Assembly (NCBI GenBank): GCA_002787355.1
Contig: PCWN01000007.1
Location: forward strand, 86,517-150,516
Direction of reading: 5' to 3'
DNA length: 64,000 nucleotides
From: Candidatus Magasanikbacteria bacterium CG11_big_fil_rev_8_21_14_0_20_39_34
GTDB lineage: Bacteria > Patescibacteriota > Patescibacteriia > Magasanikbacterales > UBA922
This document shows, piece by piece, positions 35,885 to 44,696 of the stretch. The notes under the pieces are model-generated. The model saw only the letters and a program-made list of their open reading frames with translations. It made no database searches and was not told the DNA's origin. The position numbers were made by a program, and so were the translations under genes. Numbering within the stretch: position 1 is the stretch's first letter; the number at the start of each line of letters is the position of its first letter.

Positions 35885-37359
35885 TTTTTTCGAAAATAAC
35901 AGTAGATACTCAAGAGAATGGGGGGAATCCACACCAAAATTTGGTGAGAAAAAATTTGTCCATTCTCTATATATTTATACGTGTAATGTTCAATATTGTC
36001 AAAGTAAATCAAAAGATATTGAAATATAATAGTGAAAGAGAGGGCAAGTGCAAAGATGCGATTACGGACAAAAGGGATAAAGGCAAGTATCCACAGTACA
36101 TACCATGAGGCAACAATGGATGAAAAGAGGAGCAGAAAGGTAAATGATAGGGAACTCATAAAAATAAGATAAGAGGCATCTATTTTTTTGGATCTGAAAA
36201 AAATGCCATAGAGAGAAATAATACTCAGAAGGGTCAAGAGTGCGGAAAGTTTTTTTGCTAACACAAATGGATCGGATACATGCAAAAATTGTAAAAATGA
36301 AAAAAGAATTTGAAAAATACCAGGACTGAGAATCCATTCCTTACTAAAGTTTCGTAGAGATTCATACAGGAGCGGTGTTTGTATATGGAAAAAAAATGGA
36401 AAGTACATGAGTAGAAGAGAAAAAAATGTGGTTCCAAAAAACACAAAAAAATTCTTTAAAGGATATTTCATTTTGTACAAATAAATGAAAAAAAATGGGG
36501 CGAGTATTATGGGAAAAAACTTTGTGAGAATAAGAGCCGAAAAAAATATTCCAGCAAAGAAATAACGTTTTTTTAAGAAAAAATAAAGGGTAGAAAGAAG
36601 ACAAAAAATGATGATGGATTCTGTATGTGTGGTACTCAGGGTCTCAAAGAGAAAAAGGGGATTTATGATTAAAAAAGCAATAAAGAGTATATTGAGTTTA
36701 AGATGTTGTAGGAGCTTTATTCCAAAGTAAATGCTCAATGAATTAAATATCCAAAAAATGGATTTGAGTACAAAAGCACTATCTTCCTTTACTAGGTTAG
36801 ATATGGCAAAAATGTATTGGAGAAATGGAGGATAAATGGTGTGTGTCCATTTAAAATACATTATATCCCAATACCAGACCTGACTCAGATTGTGAAGCTC
36901 TGGAGTATCATGTATGGCCCAGGGGAAGTAGGCGAAGGGGTTTATTCCATGAATAAAAATTTTTCCATCCCAAAGATAGCGAAAAAAATCATTAAAATAT
37001 GCTGGCATATGAAAAAATATTCCTTGTGCCACTAAACTTAATGTAAGAGTCAGAAAAAAATAAAAGTTAAGTTGAGATTGAAATATTTTTCGACCGGTGT
37101 GAAAGTGGAGAAAATGTTTGAGTTTGGTTTCACTCTCAGAAGTATAAAATTTTTTTTGTGAAAGAGAAGAAAAGACAAAAAAGATATATAAAAGGGTTGT
37201 GTAGCAGGCAAACATGATGGATAAGTATTGCACAAGAGAAATGGTATGGTCAAGAGGATTGTGAAGTTCAGATATCTTCCAAGTTGCAAACAAAAAAATA
37301 GCTCCTACAATAATACTAAAGGATCGTAAAATTTTTTCTCGGTTAGTCAGAACTTTCAT
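35857..37359 (-). CDS. polytopic membrane protein, probable GT-C fold glycosyltransferase
   Basis: 500 aa, more than 12 TM, Phe-rich, no soluble domain; sits beside the GT2/DUF2064 pair. Confidence 0.35.
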   Translation of the reverse strand: MKVLTNREKILRSFSIIVGAIFLFATWKISELHNPLDHTISLVQYLSIMFACYTTLLYIFFVFSSLSQKKFYTSESETKLKHFLHFHTGRKIFQSQLNFYFFLTLTLSLVAQGIFFHMPAYFNDFFRYLWDGKIFIHGINPFAYFPWAIHDTPELHNLSQVWYWDIMYFKWTHTIYPPFLQYIFAISNLVKEDSAFVLKSIFWIFNSLSIYFGIKLLQHLKLNILFIAFLIINPLFLFETLSTTHTESIIIFCLLSTLYFFLKKRYFFAGIFFSALILTKFFPIILAPFFFIYLYKMKYPLKNFFVFFGTTFFSLLLMYFPFFFHIQTPLLYESLRNFSKEWILSPGIFQILFSFLQFLHVSDPFVLAKKLSALLTLLSIISLYGIFFRSKKIDASYLIFMSSLSFTFLLLFSSIVASWYVLWILAFIPFVRNRIFALALSFTIIFQYLLIYFDNIEHYTYKYIENGQIFSHQILVWIPPILLSIYCYFRKKCITLCKTH

Positions 37360-37813
37360 AGATATAATTCTCTACATCTTGCAAAAGTCTTTTTGCTCCT
37401 TCATGGGTGAGTTTTTCTTTTGCATCAGAAAAAGAAAGCCATTCAAAATCGGAAAGTTCTTTTTCCAGAAGTGTAACTTTCTGGCTTTGAACAAAACCAA
37501 TATAGTAAATTACCGTTTTATCACGTTTTTGATTTTCTATAAAGTACGTGTAGGTATCAGTAAATGTTGGATGTGGTAGTACCATAACATCGAGATCTAC
37601 TTCCTCCTTCATCTCGCGTTTGGCACAAGCTATAGCCGTTTGATCAATACTCTCCAAAGGATTTTTTGGGTCAGATGCTTGTATATCTATTTCTTCTACA
37701 TGTCCTTTGGGGAATCCCCAGTATTGCTCTTTGGCTTGTTGTATGACAAGAACTTCATAGGTTTGATCCGCTTTTTTGAAGAGTGGGATTATTCCATAAG
37801 ATTGTTCTTTCAT
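37343..37813 (-). CDS. NUDIX hydrolase (third copy, Ap4A hydrolase-like)
   Basis: GFPKGHVEE...AKREMKEEVDL Nudix-box-like segment; 156 aa. Confidence 0.55.
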   Translation of the reverse strand: MKEQSYGIIPLFKKADQTYEVLVIQQAKEQYWGFPKGHVEEIDIQASDPKNPLESIDQTAIACAKREMKEEVDLDVMVLPHPTFTDTYTYFIENQKRDKTVIYYIGFVQSQKVTLLEKELSDFEWLSFSDAKEKLTHEGAKRLLQDVENYIYESSD

Positions 37814-37823
37814 AGGCTTTTAT

Positions 37824-40178
37824 TTATTTTTTCCAAATTTTTTTGTATCTACCAAAACTGAGAACTCCGGTAGGACATACATTGACACAGGCACTACAGT
37901 TTACACACTCAACATCGTCCAGAGGATTTCCTTGTTGAGCGTAGGCCATAACATCAATTCCCATATGACAATTCTTTGTACACAGGCCACAGCTAATACA
38001 TTTTTTCTTATCAGAAAGTATATGCCATGAAGAAAATTTGTTGTAGATATGCATCAATGCTGCAAGAGGACATGCAAATCTACACCAAACACGTCCACCA
38101 AAAAAGAAGTACAAACCAACTCCAATAATTCCTGCAATGAAGGTGTCTACGATGATTTTGTACCCTGAAAGAAGCATTGCGTTGATTCCTTCAAGTGAAT
38201 GAGAGAGGGAAGGATTCCAACCAAGAATGTGGAGAATGGAAATAACAAATATGGAAAAGAGGATGATTTGTCCAAGATTTTCCCATTTTTTTGCACGTGG
38301 ACCATGGGAAGCGAGGGTACGGTATTCGTCTCCAAGAGTTTCTGCCATAGCTCCACAAGAGCATATCCAGCCACAATAGGCACCTTTTCCCCAACGTATG
38401 ACAATAAAGGGGATAATGACAAAGGTTTGTATGAGGCTTACGATAAGCCAGAACATACTTGGGTTGTCTGTAAAAACATTCCAAATAAAAAGTGGCCAGG
38501 CCAAAACAAAACCAACAAACCGCCACCATTCACCACCCAAAAATACTACATCCCTCCACCAACTATTGATAAGGCCATGGGCATCCATCCAGGGAAGGAG
38601 AAAGTTTGGAATCAAAAAGAGCGGGATGGCTTGGATAAAAAAGAGGAGGAGGGTTTGTTGTGTCACGTAGCGCTTTTTTGCAACGGCAATTCGCCTTGCC
38701 CCAAAAAGTGCTATGGTTACCGTATAGGAAAAACTATACCAGAAATAGGGGTCTTTTCCTCCGAGATAAAAATGAAAGTACTTACTGCCAAAAAAAGCAA
38801 AGAAGAAAAGAATCAGAACAAGAAAAAAGTACGTATTTTTTATGTAGGACCATTTGGTGGCGAAATATCTTTTCCAGTTTGCGATGAGATCATAGGCACA
38901 CACCAATCCCGAAACAAAAAGAACCAGTACAGATATCCATGCAATGCATTTGAAGATAATAGCTTCAAGAGACCCGGAAAAAAGTTCTGAAATAAAACTT
39001 CCACTGTCGGAAGAAAAAATTGCCTCGGAACTCTTTCCAAAGTAGACAATTCCCATAAAGGAAAGAGAAAATGCCATCCACCATTTTGTCATTTTGGTTT
39101 TTGCATTTTCAATTCGAATTCCCACTTTTTGAAAAAACTCGTAAGGAAGTTGTGTTCCTATCATTACAAATATAATATCAAAGGGAAGTGTTTCCTTTTT
39201 CCCGTTATTATCCATATCTACTTGAGATTCGGTAATTTTCAGTACATTTGAGTTCAGTAACACTGTAATCTTTTTTTCTTCTGCAAGTTTTTGAATCAAA
39301 AGAATATTGTCGGGTTTTGGCCGGGTAAGCGCTGCGCCCCGATAGGAGAGCGTAACTTGGTTTCCGGATTTTTCCAAAAGTTGGACGGATTCCATAGCAT
39401 TATCTCCACCCCCGATAACCAAAATTCTTTTATTTTTAAATTCACCAGGATCAAAGAGTTTATTATACACATGGGGAAGATTTTCTCCTTCTATATTGAG
39501 TCTTCTATGGTTTCCACTCTTTCCAATGGAGAGAATAATTTTTTGGGATGTGTATTCTGCTCCGGATTGTGTTTTTACAGTATGTCCATTTGGACCCAAC
39601 ACGGCAATATCTTCTACTTTTTCATTAAAGGCAATATTGAGATCATGTTTTTGTGCAATCGTTTTCAGATGAGAGAGAAGATCTTCTTTGGTGGAACCCT
39701 GCATGGTAAGTTCACTGGTTTCTTCCATGTCCTTTGGCTCATAAAACATGGGTTTTCCCTTTGGAAAGTCCTCAATGGTATTAAAGAGTCTATCCGTTGC
39801 TTCAAGTATGATATATTTGTATCCACGTTTTTTCGCTTCAATTCCTGCAGAAATTCCAGCCGGACCGGCACCTACGATAACTAAATCATAGGTATTTTCA
39901 TCTTTTTTTGAGTTTTTTGATGTTTGCATCTTGTGGTCTGCATCCATCTCATTGAAAATCTGCTTATTCTTTTTCCACATCTCAAAAATAGGGGAACGAA
40001 TAAGATCTGCCGCCTTTTGGGTAGCAAATTTAAGAAGGGGGATACCTGTGAGATCACCTACTATATAAATGCCCTTTACGGAGGTTTCACCATCTTCGGT
40101 GAGTTCTGGGTAGTTTACGACAAAACCCGTTGGGTTATCCTTTTGGATCCATTGAAAATAACGTTGGATAATGTTCAT
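37824..40178 (-). CDS. multidomain redox protein: FAD/NAD(P)-dependent oxidoreductase + NapH/CcoG-like CxxxCP membrane domain + 2x[4Fe-4S] ferredoxin domain
   Basis: YDLVIVGAGPAGISAGIEA and ILVIGGGDNAMES Rossmann motifs; about 9 TM with GWICSCGAMAE and WCRFACPLAAL; C-terminal CISCGLCTKNC...CVNCSACVNVCP. Confidence 0.6.
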   Translation of the reverse strand: MNIIQRYFQWIQKDNPTGFVVNYPELTEDGETSVKGIYIVGDLTGIPLLKFATQKAADLIRSPIFEMWKKNKQIFNEMDADHKMQTSKNSKKDENTYDLVIVGAGPAGISAGIEAKKRGYKYIILEATDRLFNTIEDFPKGKPMFYEPKDMEETSELTMQGSTKEDLLSHLKTIAQKHDLNIAFNEKVEDIAVLGPNGHTVKTQSGAEYTSQKIILSIGKSGNHRRLNIEGENLPHVYNKLFDPGEFKNKRILVIGGGDNAMESVQLLEKSGNQVTLSYRGAALTRPKPDNILLIQKLAEEKKITVLLNSNVLKITESQVDMDNNGKKETLPFDIIFVMIGTQLPYEFFQKVGIRIENAKTKMTKWWMAFSLSFMGIVYFGKSSEAIFSSDSGSFISELFSGSLEAIIFKCIAWISVLVLFVSGLVCAYDLIANWKRYFATKWSYIKNTYFFLVLILFFFAFFGSKYFHFYLGGKDPYFWYSFSYTVTIALFGARRIAVAKKRYVTQQTLLLFFIQAIPLFLIPNFLLPWMDAHGLINSWWRDVVFLGGEWWRFVGFVLAWPLFIWNVFTDNPSMFWLIVSLIQTFVIIPFIVIRWGKGAYCGWICSCGAMAETLGDEYRTLASHGPRAKKWENLGQIILFSIFVISILHILGWNPSLSHSLEGINAMLLSGYKIIVDTFIAGIIGVGLYFFFGGRVWCRFACPLAALMHIYNKFSSWHILSDKKKCISCGLCTKNCHMGIDVMAYAQQGNPLDDVECVNCSACVNVCPTGVLSFGRYKKIWKK

Positions 40179-40356
40179 ATTTGGCTCAATTAAGATAATT
40201 TTATTATAGTTGAAAAGGACAGGAAGTGCAAGTGGGGATCAATGGAATGGTCTCTTTTTTTGAATATATCCACTTTTTTCGTTCCTTGATTTTTTCTCTT
40301 TCCCATGGTATATTAACCTCAACTTAATGAAGCTCATTTAACGTTTTTTTTTGCAT

Positions 40357-41463
40357 ATGAAAATACTTGTTTGTGGAGGTGCTGGGTTTATCGGATCAAA
40401 TTTTGTCCATCATATTTTGGAAAAATATCCGCATTATGAAGTGGTAAACTATGATAAGCTTACCTATGCGGGGAATTTAGATAACCTCTCGGATATTGAG
40501 AATAATTTAGAATATCGCTCTCGATATACCTTTGTAAAGGGAGATATTTGTGATGCTGCTCGCTTGGAGGAAGTGATGCAAATGCATCGAATTACCCATA
40601 TCATCAACTTTGCTGCAGAGACACATGTGGACCGTTCTATACATGGAGATTGTTCTGATTTTGTAATGACCAATACATATGGGGTTCTCATGCTTTTGAA
40701 TATTGTTCGTAAATATCAAATAGAAAAATTTGTAAATGTGTCCACAGATGAAGTTTACGGATCTCTTGATTTGGATGATGGAAAAAGGTTTACGGAAAGT
40801 ACTCCGATTGAGCCAAACATGCCCTATGCTGCGGCAAAAGCCGGTGGAGATCTTATGTGCAGGAGTTATAGTGTTTGTCATAATATTCCGGTTGTTGTAA
40901 CCCATTGTTCAAATAACTATGGTCCATATCAATTTCCAGAAAAACTTATTCCTATTTCAGTCTTTCGTTTATTAAAAAATAAGCCCATTACCATTCATGG
41001 AACTGGAAAAAATATCCGTGATTGGATTTATGTTCGGGATCATTGCGAGGCACTTGATCTAATGCTTCATAAAGGAGTTCCAGGTGAAGTCTATAACGTG
41101 GGAGTAGACAATGAACGTTCAAATTTGGATATTGCAAAACTTGTTTTGCAGGCGATGAATAAGCCAGATGATATGATTGAATTTGTTGCAGATCGTCCAG
41201 GAAATGATCTTCGTTATGCCATTGATTCGAGTAAAATGGAGAGTTTGGGATGGAAACCAAAATATGGCAGAGATAAATTTGAAATGGGACTCGCAGAAAC
41301 CATAAACTGGTATTTGACCAACAAGGATTGGGTTGAATCACTTTGGAAAAAACATGAACAGGCCTATGATATAAACCACACCCCAACTCGAAAGAGTAGC
41401 GGGAAGTCAGACGTTGTTCGTGAACCAAAAACCACCCCAAGACTGGCACAAGAAAATCAATAA
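40357..41463 (+). CDS. rfbB: dTDP-glucose 4,6-dehydratase
   Basis: KILVCGGAGFIGSNFV, YDKLTYAGN, NVSTDEVYG and the PYAAAK YxxxK catalytic motif. Confidence 0.9.
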   Translation: MKILVCGGAGFIGSNFVHHILEKYPHYEVVNYDKLTYAGNLDNLSDIENNLEYRSRYTFVKGDICDAARLEEVMQMHRITHIINFAAETHVDRSIHGDCSDFVMTNTYGVLMLLNIVRKYQIEKFVNVSTDEVYGSLDLDDGKRFTESTPIEPNMPYAAAKAGGDLMCRSYSVCHNIPVVVTHCSNNYGPYQFPEKLIPISVFRLLKNKPITIHGTGKNIRDWIYVRDHCEALDLMLHKGVPGEVYNVGVDNERSNLDIAKLVLQAMNKPDDMIEFVADRPGNDLRYAIDSSKMESLGWKPKYGRDKFEMGLAETINWYLTNKDWVESLWKKHEQAYDINHTPTRKSSGKSDVVREPKTTPRLAQENQ

Positions 41464-41483
41464 TTCTATTTACAAAAAAATAT

Positions 41484-41894
41484 ATGCTAAAGTTTGAGCA
41501 AACACAGTTAAAAGTAGTAGATGACCCAAAAGGGCTATATACTTTTTGTGAAGTAAAGAATTATATAGATTGGGAAATTAAAAGGGTATACTTTATTCAA
41601 AACTGTAAAGGAACCGGTCAGCACTGTCATTTTGTAGAAAATGAATTTTTTACTTTGGTAAAAGGAACCTGTACTGCTATTATTGATCGTGGAAATGGTA
41701 AGGAAGATATTCCTATGAAGGGGCCGGGAGACGGTATCCACGTAGGAAATCATGTTTGGCATGGATTTAAAGACATGAGTGAAGATTGTATTTTGCTTGC
41801 TTTTTCTTCTACAAACTATAGTCCTGATAGGTCAGACTATTGTGAGGACTATGATGAGTACCAAAAGATTTTAAAAGAAAAAATGGGGGCATAG
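41484..41894 (+). CDS. WxcM/FdtA-like cupin (dTDP-4-keto-6-deoxyhexose 3,4-isomerase-like)
   Basis: 136-aa cupin between rfbB and rfbD; size and His-containing beta-barrel pattern resemble FdtA/QdtA. Confidence 0.4.
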   Translation: MLKFEQTQLKVVDDPKGLYTFCEVKNYIDWEIKRVYFIQNCKGTGQHCHFVENEFFTLVKGTCTAIIDRGNGKEDIPMKGPGDGIHVGNHVWHGFKDMSEDCILLAFSSTNYSPDRSDYCEDYDEYQKILKEKMGA

Positions 41895-41906
41895 GAGAAG
41901 ATATAT

Positions 41907-42221
41907 ATGATATTTGATGTTACTTTCAATCAAGCGCGAGAACTTGAGGGAATACACAAAGATGTGTTTTTTGTAGATGTTCGTGAAAAAGATGAATGGC
42001 AAACGGGCCATATAAAAGATGCACAACATATTCCTTTTTCACTTTTTGATCATCTTTTTAAAGAGCGACTTCCAGACAAAAAAGCAGCCTACATAGTGTA
42101 CTGTGCAAGTGGCGGGAGAAGCAGAAGAGTCTGTGATTTTTTGGAGTATGAGGGATATGAAAATATCTATAATCTTTTAGGAGGAATTTCCGGGGTCCCG
42201 GAAAGTGAAGTTGAGGTATAA
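41907..42221 (+). CDS. rhodanese-like single-domain sulfurtransferase
   Basis: Active-site loop CASGGRS (CxxGxR) near the C-terminus; 104 aa. Confidence 0.7.
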   Translation: MIFDVTFNQARELEGIHKDVFFVDVREKDEWQTGHIKDAQHIPFSLFDHLFKERLPDKKAAYIVYCASGGRSRRVCDFLEYEGYENIYNLLGGISGVPESEVEV

Positions 42222-42222
42222 T

Positions 42223-43491
42223 ATGAGTCAAAAAATAATTGAAATTATGGCCCCTGCGGGGTCATTTGAGTCTTTACAGGCGGCACTCTTTGCAGGAGCA
42301 AATTCTGTCTACTTTGGTATAGAACAGCTCAATATGCGTGCCCATGCTGCCAACAATTTTCAAATTTCTGACCTGCCAGAAATTGTTCGTCTTTGTGAAG
42401 AAAAAAATTGTAAAACCTATCTCACACTGAATACCATACTGTATAACCATGATATTGTCCTCATGAAAAAAATTATTGATGAGGTAAAAAAAGTTGGTGT
42501 GACTGCGATTATTGCAAGTGATATTGCTGCTATCTCCTATGCAAATGAAGTAGGGGTAGAAGTACATATTTCTACACAGGCCAATGTTTCCAATATTGAA
42601 GCAGTAAAATTTTTTGCAAAATTTGCAGATGTGATTGTGCTTGCTCGTGAGCTTCCTCTTACACACATAAAAAGCATTTGTGAGACTATTGAAAAAGAAC
42701 ACATTTGTGGTCCGAAAGGGAATCTTGTAGAAATTGAAATTTTTGCGCATGGTGCACTGTGTGTTGCTATCTCTGGGAAGTGTTATATGAGTTTGGCTAC
42801 ACAAAATTCTTCAGCAAATCGTGGAGCATGTTTACAAAATTGTAGAAGGTCCTATCGGGTGATAGATGAAGAAACAGGAGAGGAACTGGTTTTGGATAAC
42901 AAATATGTTATGTCTCCAAAGGATTTATGTACCATTGGCTTTATTGATAAAATTTTGGATGCCGGTGTAACGGTACTCAAGCTGGAAGGACGTGGGAGAC
43001 CTGCAGATTATGTACATACGGTAACCAAGACATATCGCGATGCTGCAAATGCCTATCTTGAAGGAACCTACACTCCGGAAAAAATTGAGTCTTGGACGCA
43101 TGATTTGGAAACGGTATTTAACAGAGGATTTTGGCATGGTGGATACTACATGGGCAAACAGCTTGGTGAATGGAGCGGGTTGTATGGATCCAAGGCCAGT
43201 GAGGAAAAAATATATCTTGGAAAAGGACTTCATTATTATGAAAAACCACAGATTGGTGAGTTTACTTTGGAAAGTGGGGAACTTTCTTTGGAGGATGAAG
43301 TATATATTATTGGTCCGACAACGGGAGTCCTCAGACAAAAAGTAACAGCATTGCGCGTAGACGAAGGGGATGTAACGGTCGCAAAAAAAGGGCAAATTTT
43401 TACCATGCCGGTAGAAAAAAAAGTACGATCAAGTGATAAACTGTTTGTGATCAAAAAAAGGAATACAGAATATGCCAAAGGTAACGCATGA
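42223..43491 (+). CDS. peptidase U32 family protein
   Basis: N-terminal TIM-barrel portion IEIMAPAGSFE...E. coli YhbU-like blocks and GALCVAISGKCYMS; ATG 42223. Confidence 0.75.
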   Translation: MSQKIIEIMAPAGSFESLQAALFAGANSVYFGIEQLNMRAHAANNFQISDLPEIVRLCEEKNCKTYLTLNTILYNHDIVLMKKIIDEVKKVGVTAIIASDIAAISYANEVGVEVHISTQANVSNIEAVKFFAKFADVIVLARELPLTHIKSICETIEKEHICGPKGNLVEIEIFAHGALCVAISGKCYMSLATQNSSANRGACLQNCRRSYRVIDEETGEELVLDNKYVMSPKDLCTIGFIDKILDAGVTVLKLEGRGRPADYVHTVTKTYRDAANAYLEGTYTPEKIESWTHDLETVFNRGFWHGGYYMGKQLGEWSGLYGSKASEEKIYLGKGLHYYEKPQIGEFTLESGELSLEDEVYIIGPTTGVLRQKVTALRVDEGDVTVAKKGQIFTMPVEKKVRSSDKLFVIKKRNTEYAKGNA

Positions 43492-43723
43492 TAAGGGAGA
43501 GTGTATTGGTTGTGGCTCTTGTACACTGTATGCAGAGCATTATTTTGAGATAGATAAAGAAGATGATGCCAAAGCGCATTTAATACGTTCTACACAAAAA
43601 GGAAACATGGAAATTTTGGATATAGAAGACTTTGAAATGGAGGTAAATATTGATGCGGCAAGAGGATGTCCCATGAGCTGTATCAAGGTATTGGGAGATG
43701 ATGGAAGAATTTTGGGGGAATAA
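43472..43723 (+). CDS. small ferredoxin-like protein (Cys-x2-Cys-x2-Cys ... Cys-P)
   Basis: ECIGCGSCTLYAE ... ARGCPMSCI; 83 aa; overlaps the U32 stop by 20 nt. Confidence 0.55.
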   Translation: MPKVTHDKGECIGCGSCTLYAEHYFEIDKEDDAKAHLIRSTQKGNMEILDIEDFEMEVNIDAARGCPMSCIKVLGDDGRILGE

Positions 43724-43729
43724 ACGATC

Positions 43730-43758
43730 TTGACAAAAGATGAGGAAAATGGTAAAGT
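43730..43758 (+). promoter_or_regulatory. sigma70-like promoter TTGACA-17-TAAAGT driving the GC-rich ORF
   Basis: TTGACA at 43730-43735, 17-nt spacer, TAAAGT at 43753-43758; directly after the ferredoxin stop. Confidence 0.5.
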
Positions 43759-43872
43759 TTGGTGCTTGCCATTTTTGTTTTTGGGTTCAGAGAAAAGCAA
43801 CAAAGGTTGTTTTTCCCTGGACCCAGTGGTGGTCCGTGTATCCGTGCCGTTGGCACACAGGAAAATGGGGGC

Positions 43873-44586
43873 ATGATGCGAATCAAGCCTTGGAGTGAGC
43901 GCTCGGCGCTCACTCGCCTCCTCGTGATCGAGGGGGAGGTGAATTCGGTTGAGGAACTCGCGACGCGACTGGCCGCGGAGGGACTGCTGGAGTGGGCCAG
44001 CAACAACTCCCTCCGGGCTGTCGTTTCCGAGATCGTCGGTGAGGGCGGCTACAAGGAAGCCGCCCGATGCCGGCAGATCCAGGGAGGCGTCAACCTCGGT
44101 GAGGAGAGCATCGAGATGTTCCGCGCGTGCGCGGAGCGTCTCATCCGGATCGGGGGGGATGAGAACCTCCCCACGATCACCCGAGCGCTCGCTCTGCACA
44201 ACGCCGCTTCCTGCCTCGCGGCGTGGAACGGCGTGGATCTCGATCGCCAGGAGTCACTCAACGAGCGGTCGGTCGAGTTGCTGGAGCAGGTCCCCGAGGC
44301 GAACCGAGGCGACGACTGGTGGGAGGCCTACAGGAAGCCTGTCGTCGGCCTCTTCGAGGCCGGCGTGAAGGCTTGGGATCCCTTCATGTACTTCCAGATT
44401 ATCCGGCGGATGATCGAGAACGGTTCCAAGGACTCAGCGGGTCGTCTCGAGTACTTCATCCGGCGAATGGCCTCCGATCTGGGGGCCATGGCTGGGGTGG
44501 TCCTCGACGAGGAGCTCGGAGCTCACAACCAGCGAGATCGTTTGCTGGCCCTCATGGGGCACCTGCAGGCACTCGTCGCCGCCTGA
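43873..44586 (+). CDS. hypothetical alpha-helical protein encoded in a compositionally foreign (GC-rich) ORF
   Basis: 238 aa (MMRIKPWSERSALTRL...LQALVAA). GC3-rich codons (ctc/atc/ggc/gag) unlike every other gene here. About 107-nt structured GC-rich leader; strong terminator downstream. Confidence 0.55.
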   Translation: MMRIKPWSERSALTRLLVIEGEVNSVEELATRLAAEGLLEWASNNSLRAVVSEIVGEGGYKEAARCRQIQGGVNLGEESIEMFRACAERLIRIGGDENLPTITRALALHNAASCLAAWNGVDLDRQESLNERSVELLEQVPEANRGDDWWEAYRKPVVGLFEAGVKAWDPFMYFQIIRRMIENGSKDSAGRLEYFIRRMASDLGAMAGVVLDEELGAHNQRDRLLALMGHLQALVAA

Positions 44587-44644
44587 TTCACCCCCCACCT
44601 ACGACCTTACCTTCGGCGGCCAGCACCCACATTGGCCGCAAAAA

Positions 44645-44696
44645 ACACCTGAGTTTGTATGTATGCCATATAGCTTCAGGTGTTTTTTTATTTTTG
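44645..44696 (+). terminator. rho-independent terminator after the GC-rich ORF
   Basis: ACACCTGA-(23 nt)-TCAGGTGT followed by TTTTTTTATTTTT. Confidence 0.6.
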
